64,000 bases of DNA from contig NC_087447.1 in assembly GCF_036321535.1 (NCBI RefSeq), positions 46,812,001 through 46,876,000 on the forward strand, read 5' to 3'. The stretch comes from Camelus dromedarius (lineage: Eukaryota). A program made the position numbers and the translations under genes. The notes beneath the pieces were generated by a model. It ran no database searches. It worked only from the letters and a program-made list of their open reading frames with translations, and was not told the origin of the DNA. Every line of letters starts with the position of its first letter. Within the stretch, counting starts at the first letter, position 1. Below are positions 1 through 9,466 of the stretch, in pieces.

Positions 1-158
1 TGGGGCTGAGGGACCCACGACAGGGTCATCTGAGGAGTCCAGAGAGGAACACACCCTTAGGAAGGCCAGGCCAAAGGACTGATGACGGGTGAAGGGCTGG
101 GAGCAGGTCAGGCGAAGTCGATCCCATGACTCACCTGAGGCTGGAGCCAGGAAATCAT
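1..158 (-). CDS. XNDC1N: XRCC1 N-terminal domain-containing protein, coding exon 4 (partial, runs off window)
   Basis: Minus strand: pyrimidine tract cattttctttctcttgAG, then (D)DFLAPASGESWDRLRLTCSQPFTRHQSFGLAFLRVCSSLDSSDDPVVGPSAP. The phase matches the previous exon. WDRLRLTCSQPF..FGLAF resembles XRCC1 WDRVKIVCSQPY..FGLSF. Confidence 0.9.
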
Positions 159-1214
159 CTCAAGAGAAAGAAAATGAAGGGAAAGGAAATGCATGAATGG
201 GAGGGAGACAGAAAGAGAAGGTCACTACTGAGGAGGGGAAAGAAGTGACTGGGACTATATAAATTCCAACACAAGAAGAATGCAGGTTATTCCTCCTCTC
301 AGGCCCTGGTGCTCAGGGCTTGGCAGTGCCAGTCAGGGCCCTCTCAGACCCCGTGCCTTGCTTCTCTGTCATGGTTCCACAGTTCCCAGCGTGAGTACAT
401 CCTTAGTCTCTACCTCTCCAGAGAACTTATCAGTGTCTCATTTTAACAGGGGTATCTGTAGTGTTGGAGCCTGGAGTGAACACTTGCCCAAAGACAAGCT
501 GAGCTACATCTACCCTTCCTGGACCAAGAGACCTCAACCTCCCTCACAACACTGCACACCTACACAACCACAGGATCACACATCAATACTTCAGACCCTC
601 CTCCCCTTCAATTCCCAGCACGATCTATAGGACCTCGTCTCCCCCACCTCGTATCCCATCTCACACTTCCTTCACAACAGTGTGTACACCTCCAATATAA
701 ATGCAGACAAATCCTTACTAGACTGAAAGTCCCTAGAGGCCAGGAATCAGGTCTTATGTTTCTATCTGCACAGAACAGGACTCAGGAAACACCGTACGCT
801 ACATAACTATAACCATCACCTAGCCTTCCATCACTTAAACATTCATCCTACTCCCAACTCATACTTACACTTATATACACATATACAAACAAGCACACCA
901 GTCACAAATGTGGGTTCTACATCTGGCTTCACTGAATCACATGTTGTGTGTAAACATAAATCATAGCTCATAAATACCCCCAGCTATCATGGAGTCTCAT
1001 CACGGAGAACTCACACACAAACATACCACACAGTGGTTCACTCATTAACTGCCCTATCCCTCCATAGATATAAGGAAGCCCCTGCAAAGGCTCCCTCCGA
1101 CAATACACACCTATCAGCTCTTATAGCCCTCTATGGTCCTGCGTCTCTCTCTCATAATCACTCTCTCTTTCAGTCTATCTACCATTTCTTCTTTTGCCCT
1201 CCTCATCATCTTTA

Positions 1215-1311
1215 TTTCTTTTTTTCTTTTAATGGAGGTACTGGGGATTGAACCCAGGACCTCGTACATGCTAAGCATGCATTCTACCGCTGAGCTATTT
1301 CCTCTGCCACC
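1215..1311 (-). mobile_element. tRNA-derived SINE (camelid vic-1 type)
   Basis: A box TAGCTCAGCGG, B box GGTTCAATCC, A-rich tail, and an 18-bp near-perfect TSD (1197-1214 / 1312-1329). Confidence 0.88.
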
Positions 1312-1321
1312 CCCTCCTCAC

Positions 1322-1477
1322 CATCTTTAAACATGCGGACCCCTGAGCGGTTTTTCCCCTGCTTTGAATCAGCCAGGGACATTAGCATGGTTGCAGGCAG
1401 CAGGGTGACGAAAGGTCTATCCAGGGACCAGGAAGAACGACCTACATCAATCTGCAGGAAAGCACAGCCACAGTTAC
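1322..1477 (-). CDS. XNDC1N: XNDC1N coding exon 3
   Basis: Acceptor ttttgtccccAG, donor GATG|GTgagg. 156 nt, phase 1-1. Encodes (G)NCGCAFLQIDVGRSSWSLDRPFVTLLPATMLMSLADSKQGKNRSGVRMFKD, similar to XRCC1 GNDGSAFVEVLVG...NRVRMF. Confidence 0.93.
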
Positions 1478-2282
1478 CTGGGGACAAAAGGTTGAGAGAA
1501 AATTAAGGGTGATGAGATGACAGGGGCTCTCTGGACTATACACCAAGGTATCAGGGGGAGGAGACCATTCCTCCATTCGAGAGCGATTTGGAAGCTGCAG
1601 AAAGGTCAAGCAGCACAGTGAGCCAGTAACTGCAGTGGGACGAGACCTCTGCCCACTAAATGACAACATGAAGGTGCACTGTTTCTTCTGGCCAGAAACT
1701 GTCCCCTTACCCAAGAGACTCACTGCTCCGCTGTTCTTTGGCTCTGGAGGGCAGTGCTAAACTCTGTTTCTCTTAAATCCTTGCTAGGAAGCCTGACATC
1801 TTTCTGTCCTGATGGAGCTGAGACCAGTGGTCTCTGTCAGCTTTCTATTCCAGAGACTTCTAAGGCCAACCTTCCCAACCAATAAACTCCTGTGGTGCCT
1901 TCCTGGATGATCCTGCACAGTTTATCCCCTGGCATCCTCCTGACAGTGATATTTTGAGGTTCCATTTGTTGGCATTTATAATTATGCTCATTAACGTCCT
2001 AAGGCTTCACCCAGGCCAGTCAGATCAAAGCAAGGCAGGCACGATGAGCAATTCTAGGAGTGCACTCACGCTGTACTCTATGTGAATGCAACCCTTAAGG
2101 TTCGCCAGCACCACACATCTGCCCCCAGGGCAAGGGCCACATCTCTCCTTCATACCAGGTGGGGCTTGTTCTATGAAGGCTGCTCGCCAGCTGAACTGAG
2201 ACGTGTTGCTGTGGCATCTGGAGGGTAACATTCCTCCTGTGCTCTCCCACCGAGGTTCCTAGGCTCCAGAGAACTTACTCAC

Positions 2283-2424
2283 CCACGTCGATGTAGCCAA
2301 TGGGCACTGCCCTCTCCAGCTGCAGCTCAACTTTTAGTTGCCCGCTCTTGTCCTGAGGGCAGCTGAGCCAAGGTCCCCTCTGACTCTCTGGGTGCAGCAA
2401 GTTCTCCACTGGATATTTGGGATC
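2283..2424 (-). CDS. XNDC1N: XNDC1N coding exon 2
   Basis: Acceptor ttctctctgactcAG, donor GTGG|GTgagt. 142 nt. Encodes DPKYPVENLLHPESQRGPWLSCPQDKSGQLKVELQLERAVPIGYIDV. Confidence 0.93.
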
Positions 2425-2788
2425 CTGAGTCAGAGAGAAGGAGAAAATCAGGAACCTCACTGAGCCCAAGGAGGGAAAAGATGCCCCATGAATGAGGGCT
2501 CCCTACACTCCCAAACCATTCCAGGATCCTAACATGGCAGAAAAGGCATTAGACAGTAGTCCACAGCTGTCAGTGCCAAGGGATTTATAGACACTGTTTA
2601 CCTCTCCTTCATTTACCAGACTACCTCATTTGATCCTCGTAACAACGGCGGGGGGTTCTTAGTTAAGAGATCAGCAAACTGAAGCTTAGGTTCAGAAACT
2701 CACCTAAGGCTCCAAGACCAAATAACCAACCAAAGTCAGAACTCCCAGGTGTTTAGAATTCAGGGCTCTTAACCACCACACTGTACTA

Positions 2789-3370
2789 CAGTCATCCCTT
2801 GGTATCCACAGGGGATTGGCTTCAGGACCTCCTTGGCTCCCCAAATCTATGATGCTCAAGTCCTTTATGTAAAAATGGTGTAGTATTCATGTATAGCCTA
2901 TGTACATCCTCCCATATACTTTTTTCCTCTTTTTTTCTACTGATGTATAGTCAGTTTACAATGCTGTGTCAATTTCTGGTGTACAGCATAATGTTTCAGT
3001 CATACACATATATACATATGTTCCTTTTCACATTCTATTTCATTACACGTTACTACAAAATATTGAATATAGTTCCCTGTGCTATACGGTAGAAACTTGT
3101 TTTATTTATTTTATATATAGTAGTTAGTACCTGCAAATGTCAAACTCCCAATTTCTCCCATATACTTTAAATCATCTCTAGATTACTTACAATACCTGAT
3201 ACAAAGTAAATTATATGTAAATGGTTGTAAATACAGTGTAAACACTACGTAAATAGTTGCTGACATGTGGCAAAATCAAGTTTTGCTTTCGGAGACTTTC
3301 TGGAATATTTTTGGATCCACAATTAGTTGAATCTTGGGATGTGGAACCCATGGATATGGAGGGTTGACTG
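2789..3370. mobile_element. MER2-like Tigger-family DNA transposon interrupted by an L1 3' fragment
   Basis: TA-flanked inverted termini CAGTCATCCCTTGGTATCC ... GGATATGGAGGGTTGACTG, with an internal insertion at 2923-3154. Confidence 0.8.
2923..3154 (-). mobile_element. Short 5'-truncated L1 3' end
   Basis: Poly-T, then L1 3'UTR motif ATTGAATATAGTTCCCTGTGCTATAC. TSD CTCCCATATACTTT (2909-2922 / 3155-3168). Confidence 0.8.
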
Positions 3371-4716
3371 TATTTCTTTTCATTTATAAAGTGCTTCCAC
3401 GGACATTTATTTATCTTCAAAGTAACTCTGTGAGATAAGAAAGTCAAAGATTTTTATTCTGAGTTTACAAGTGATAGTGAGAAATTAAAGTGATCTGTTC
3501 AAATACAACAGTACTGAAACTGAGATAGAAATTCTCAGTTCTAACCCCAAATCAGGTGTTTTTTTGGTGGAAAGGCCTTGAGCAAACTACTTTCTCTTTC
3601 TGGATCTAAATTTCTTCATCTATAAGTAACGGGTAGGGAGACTAAATTCATGGTTTTTAACCTTTCCAATTTATTATTTATTATTATTAATTAATAAGAG
3701 GTTTTAGAGATAAAAACAGAACTCTGTTTAAGTACAGGTTGGGGGGTCAGAGACATTCTTATGCCCCCCTCCTTTCAATTTCTGAAAGTGGGTCCCAAAT
3801 AGTACAGTTTGAAAACCACAGTATTAGAAGATAGCTAATATTCTCTAGCATTTTGTAAGTCTGAGTCCATGAAGAAAACAGTTTAGGCTAATCATGTAGG
3901 CAAGGAGGATTAGGATAACTTTTATTTTATTTCACTCAGAATAGGAGCCGATATAATAGTTCCTAAAGACTTTCTAAGGGTCTTTCTGAAATGTGTGGGG
4001 ATGTTTTTGATTGTCCTAATGAGCAGAAAGTAGTGTTGTCATTAGGGTCTGGAAGCCATGGATGCTAAATATCCCACCATACATATGATATTGCCATAAA
4101 ATGCAGACTTCTCATGCCCAAAATACCACTGGCATCCCTTGAGAAAGATGAAGGTAACAGAAGGGGAAGAGTAGGGGGAAGGGGTAAATGGATAGAGAAA
4201 TGACAGCAAAGGGATGGAGGGGATCAGTCCTGGGCCCAGGGCCCAGCATCTAGTACTAATAGAGATTTCCTGAAAGAGGCCTTTTAGGGAGAAGACCAAG
4301 ACCACCTTCGGTGGTGGTGGTGTTATCCTCACAGGTCAGGGATGACCTTGAGTGTCCCAGCTTGCTTTCAATGACAGAGTGACTAAGTTGCCCTTCTGGG
4401 GATCCTGGTACAGATCTGGGGCCTAGAGAATTGCCAGCTCCCTGCCAGCTTCCTCCCCAGGTGGAATCCTGAGGCTGTTGCCTTTCTTACCTTTAATTCC
4501 TGGGAACACTTGTTTAATGCATCCTGCACTGCTCTGGGAGCAACCTGAAAGCAAGAGCTGTTTCCCCGCTTTGACTCTGACCTCCCAAATAATGGACAAG
4601 GTCTCTTTTATTGGATTGGGAGTTTCTTTAAAGTACTGACTAGTCTCCTATTTTTCTTTTTTTCCAAACTTTTCAGTCACCAAGAAAAAAAAAATCATGC
4701 CTGCTAACTAATATAC

Positions 4717-4761
4717 CTGAGAGGAAAATGACACAACATGGCTAATCTTCACAGGAGCCAT
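4717..4761 (-). CDS. XNDC1N: XNDC1N first coding exon (start codon)
   Basis: Strong Kozak gcccaccATGG, then MAPVKISHVVSFSSQ (cf. XRCC1 MPEIRLRHVVSCSSQ), donor CAG|GTatat. Phase 0 joins to DPKY. Confidence 0.92.
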
Positions 4762-4892
4762 GGTGGGCCTCGCAGCTGTCCCAAGGCCAAGGCAAAAATG
4801 CTTTCTCCTGAGAGTTCTTCTGTCACCACTGTGGAACTGCCTATGTTTTGGTCTTGTCAGCTCCCAGAAGGGAAAGAATCCTCATGTCACTC
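4762..4892 (-). other. XNDC1N: 5'UTR part of the XNDC1N ATG-containing exon
   Basis: Strong minus-strand acceptor tttatttttcttttgttctccttcAG immediately upstream of 4892, giving a 176-nt exon (4717-4892). Confidence 0.65.
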
Positions 4893-6849
4893 CTGAAGGA
4901 GAACAAAAGAAAAATAAATGAGCCATGGCTGTTTCTCTGGTAAGACAAGTTTTCTGCATCAGTCAACCACTGTTTCTGATGACCAGATGGGGTTGGTGGG
5001 GTGGTGATCAGGGAGTAGATCTGGACCAGCTGATGAGATTCCAACAAAAGTGAAAGAACTGGAATGCAATAGAGAAGCAAGTACCAAAAAATATATATGT
5101 GTATGTATATATATAAACATGTTGATGTTGGACTATATGTAGGTAAGCTCCCAAAGGCATGAACTGCGCCTTTAATCATTCATCTTTATATCCCTAGAGC
5201 CTAGCACATAATAAAGACGTGTAACAAACGTTCAACTAAATATATGACACAAGTCTATTACGGTTTTTTTCTTTTCGTAAAATAAATCTTCCTTCACTTT
5301 CATCAAGGTTCTCCTCTACTAGAAATCTTCAGTGGCTTGCTGACCTATGCATATCCCTTGCTACATGGTGGGTACCTGATAATATTAATTCAGCTTGGCC
5401 CCTCAAAGCATCTACAACAAAAATCTCTCCATTTCCTACTTCATCTCCTACTATTCCTTTCATCAGAGGATGTGTTTTACCTAGCATTGTTTTATTTATT
5501 TAATGTTAAAAGTTCATATGGGTATTTGTACTTTGTCTTTTACTAAACTTTTTACAGAAATTTTAAATATATGTAAAAACAAATATACTAGTATAGTGAC
5601 CTCTCATGTATCTGTCACCTAGCTTCAACAATTCCTCGGGCAGAGGTGTTTTAAAGTTGTCTGAATGTCTTAAGCTGGGATCTCTCTCCAAATATTTACA
5701 TCCTGTTTTAATCATGTTTGTTACCCACCTGGTCCCTAAAAATGAGTCCATGAGCCCTAATATACTCCTGACCATAATGGTCTTCTTGCCTCCTTCCTGC
5801 CAAAAAAAAAAAAGTTTCCCACCTCCAAGACTTTGCTCATGCCATTGCTTCTGCCTGGAATGCTCTTTACTTTTCCTACTGTCAAATCTAATGCATCTTT
5901 GATGCTCAAATGTCACCATCACTCTGCTCACGGTGATAGCTCCATCCTCTCAAATCCGTATTACAATTATTTGCGTCTATCTTTCATCCCTTGACCAATT
6001 ATAAGCTCTTGGAGGACAGGTTTCATGTTTGATTTATTTCTATATCCCCAGTGTAAGAGGGAGAAACATACAGTTCCAGATTAACAAAAGTCTGCTGAAT
6101 GAATGACCATAAAAATTAAGCTCCAGAGGGCCAGCCATCATGGAATGCTCAGAGTGAGGTAGACTGCTTTGACAGCAGTAATGAACTCTTAGTGAAAGCC
6201 ACCTAAAGGTCACAGGTTACGTTCAAGATGGTGCAAAGGCTTCAATGAGAGAATGCAGAGTGAGTCCCAGTCACCTCTTGGCCTCCAGATTAATTAGAAC
6301 TGATTACTCCCACTATAGAAACTCACTGAACATTGAGCTAGATGTTGGAGATACAAAAATAAATAAGATACGATCTATGTCTTGGAGAAACTCTTAGTAT
6401 ACATTTGTGATTTGACTGGAAAACTCCACCATTTCTCGTCACTAACACACAGATGTTTGACGTAGCCAGTCCCAAAACTACACTCTAGGCTTGGGGACCC
6501 TGCAGCTGTCGATCTTGTATATTTAATTTAGTTAATTTGGGGGGGGGGCGTGTCTAGTATGTAACAGGCACTGTACTAGGTTACACAGCAGTGAATTCAA
6601 GACATATACAATCTTTACCACCGTCTATCAAATTGCTTGTAGTTTTCCAAAGTTTAAGCACTTTCCGACCTCCCTGTCCTTCCATACACTGTTGTTCTTA
6701 TTTTTTGGCAATTACTTATTTACCCTGTGTGTCTCCCAACTAGGTAGTGAGCTCTTTGAAGACAGGGATTTTTATCATGCTCACCATCTCCCACACCTCA
6801 GAGAGGTGCTGAAACAGCAGGCATAAAAAAATAGTAGTTTATTAAGTTA

Positions 6850-8180
6850 ACCAAATTCTAATCAGAATTTCAGCAGAAGTTTCTGGCAGGCAAACACAAC
6901 AAACTCATCAACCAATAAAGGGCCACAAATTGCTAAGACAATTCTAAAAAGATAGATCAAAGAGGTGGGGTTCAAGTCCTTGAAAAAAAGTACAAAGTTG
7001 CTGTAATTAAAACATAGTCTATAGAGACAAGCAAATAGTTTCCAGAAACAGACTCATACAAATGGGAATTTACAATCTGTTAAATAGAGCAGAATCATGA
7101 CTTTGCCAGAAAAAGATGAAGTAATAAATGGCATTCAGAAAACTGGTTTGTAATGTGAAGAAAAATAAAAGCAGATCCCTACCTCACAACATACTAAAAA
7201 AAATTATACTCAAATGGGTTAAAGATGGAAACATGAAAAATACTTTCAGCTAACACAAAATCAAATGTTAAAATCAAATGACTGATGGAAAGAAGGTATT
7301 TGCAACATTTGCAACAACTTGGATAGTATTCAGAGTTATTTTTAAATACTACAAATCAGTAAGGGCAAGCAGTCCAATAGTAAACTGGAGAGAAGACACA
7401 AACATGTAACTCACATCAGATTAAATCTGAAAGACCAAAAGCCCATATAAAAATGTCCTCAGCCTTACTAATAATAAGGAATTGCAAATACCTCTTCTAA
7501 GGCTAGAAAAAAATTTAAAGTCTACAATATGAAGGATTAGCAGTAATATGGGGAAATGGGCCCTCTCATAAACACTTCCAGCACATCTTAATTTTAACTA
7601 GCTGCATTTCAAGAATAGCCACATGTGTCATAACTTGTTAAAACAGTACAGCTCTAGGGGGACTCAGATGTGCACGAAATGATACATTTAATGTTTCCTA
7701 TAGCAAGAAGCATAAAACTCTAATTAGTTGAGGAATGGATAAATGAAATGTTATATATCATAAAATGGAGTAACAGTTAAAAGGAATAAATTAGATGTAA
7801 ATATATATAAACATGGATAGCTCTCAAGAATAGATTTAAAGAATAAGTTATAGAATTATACACATAAAAACAGCACTTATGTTCAGTTAAAAAAGAAAAT
7901 GAAACAATACTTATATTGTCCGTGACACATATAATTTTTTTTTCAACAGACTGGGAGAATACAGAGTTAATCATAGTAGTTGCTTCTGGGGCCAAAGAAA
8001 GGTTAATGAGTCTGAGGGTCAAAGACACAAATAAATTCAACTTTTATCTGTATCATTTTATCTTTTTTAAAAATGAGGAAGCAATCACATCAATTGTCAT
8101 TTTGGGATTATGAGTATATGGTGTTTACAATATTCTTTGTATAAGGTTTTACATAATAAATATAATTCCCATTTTAAATA
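6850..8180 (+). mobile_element. Old degraded L1 (ORF2 3' part and 3'UTR)
   Basis: A-rich sequence with L1 ORF2-like remnants (GATCCCTACCTCACAACATA, GAATGGATAAATGAAATG). Boundaries approximate. Confidence 0.6.
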
Positions 8181-8992
8181 AATGAGATGCCTGTAGGTGC
8201 TGTAAATATCACCCTGTAACTTCCTGTTGGCCCCAAATAAAGTTGACTGTCGTTCTAATATTCTGTGAGCCCACAAGACACCTAGCCCTATCCAGGCAAC
8301 CGGGACGTCCAGGGTGCGTGTGAGCAGGGTCCACAGGGTTCCGAAGTGTCGGGTCCCAATGTACAAATAATAAAGTGTTGTAAATGAGTTAGGAAGCTGT
8401 AAGTTCGGGTGCAGCATACTGAATAAGGTGTACAGGACAGGGTTAAAGGTAGTAAAGGTAGGAGCTGGTGCCACAGAATGCGGCCGTAGGAAAGAGTACG
8501 GAGACGTGTGAAATGGAACCTGAGGCGCGAGAGCCTAAGCAGCAGTTAGGGTGCCGTGGAGGTCCCGCAAGGCTCTTCAGCTCTCAGCTTCGGGAACCTA
8601 AGTCGCGCCGCTACTTCCACCACTCCTTGGAACGCGCTGTTCTATCCACTTCCTTGATGGTCATCCTCCCTCCCTTTCAGCCACTCCCCACCAACCCCCA
8701 ACGCCCCTCACCCGGGATAATAGACCTCGATGAGCCACCGCTGCCTCAGATCGTGGACCACAAGCCCTTTCTCCCGCCAATTCGGCCCTCTGACCTCCGC
8801 CTTCTGAACCAAGCACCACTCTTCCGCCTCCCGAAGCCCGGGAATTCGTTCTCGGACCTCAAGAAGCCACTGCTTCTAGAAAATGACTCCCACCGAGGCA
8901 GGAAGGCATGTGCTACAGGCAGTAAAATACACTCGCGAGGTTTCTGTGTGTTGCACTCACTACAAATCTCCTCTCTAAAGAGCAGAATTGAA

Positions 8993-9033
8993 ACTTCCGG
9001 GTCAGTTTCTATGCATTCTGGGAAATGTAGTCC
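8993..9033 (-). promoter_or_regulatory. ETS/GABPA site plus ZNF143/THAP11-type ACTACA-TCCCA motif
   Basis: On the minus strand, CCGGAAGT at 8993-9000 and GGACTACATTTCCCAGAATGCA at 9012-9033. The latter fits the ACTACAnnTCCCAnnATGC motif typical of bidirectional promoters. Confidence 0.8.
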
Positions 9034-9296
9034 CTCGTCTCCACGCTTCGGTCCTGTTGGCCAGAGTGAGGGAGCGTCGCAAAAGTTGACGATTTAGGGG
9101 CCCTTCCCTTTGGCACTCCAAAGGGGAAAATTGGTAAAATATTTGCACTGAAACTAATACAAGCTCAATTTCTCATTTTTCAAGAGCCCTCCCCCGCCGG
9201 AGCTTAGAAGCGCACGGGATCTGTCCCTCCTTGACCTTTACGTGAGCAGCGGGTGGACGGTCTCTTAGTTCCCATCGGGTCTCCGCCAGTCTTGGT

Positions 9297-9411
9297 GCCC
9301 CGCCCCTCCTGCCGGAGCCCGCGCCGCCGATTGGCTAGGAGCGCTTGAGCGGCGGAAGCAGCTGGCTCGCGCGGGGTCTGGGGGGAGGGGCAGGGCTGTG
9401 AAGATGGCGGC
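9297..9411 (+). promoter_or_regulatory. RNF121: RNF121 proximal promoter/5'UTR motifs
   Basis: GC box GCCCCGCCCC (~9297), inverted CCAAT GATTGGCT (~9329), GCGGAAG ETS core (~9352), and YY1 consensus AAGATGGCGGC overlapping the ATG (9401-9411). Confidence 0.65.
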
Positions 9412-9466
9412 AGTGGTGGAGGTGGAGGTTGGAGCAGGTGCTGCCGGGGAACGGGAGCTGGATGAG
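9404..9466 (+). CDS. RNF121: RING finger protein 121, exon 1
   Basis: MAAVVEVEVGAGAAGERELDE, donor GAG|GTgaga. Matches the remembered mammalian RNF121 N-terminus. Confidence 0.95.

Noticed and set aside
1..4761. Calling the minus-strand gene XRCC1
   Set aside because: Similarity is only partial, whereas mammalian XRCC1 is highly conserved (MPEIRLRHVVSCSS). Adjacency to RNF121 fits XNDC1N/Xndc1.
8468..9097. 209-aa plus-strand ORF
   Set aside because: GTG start, in the GC-rich promoter island where stops are depleted, with no recognisable domain.
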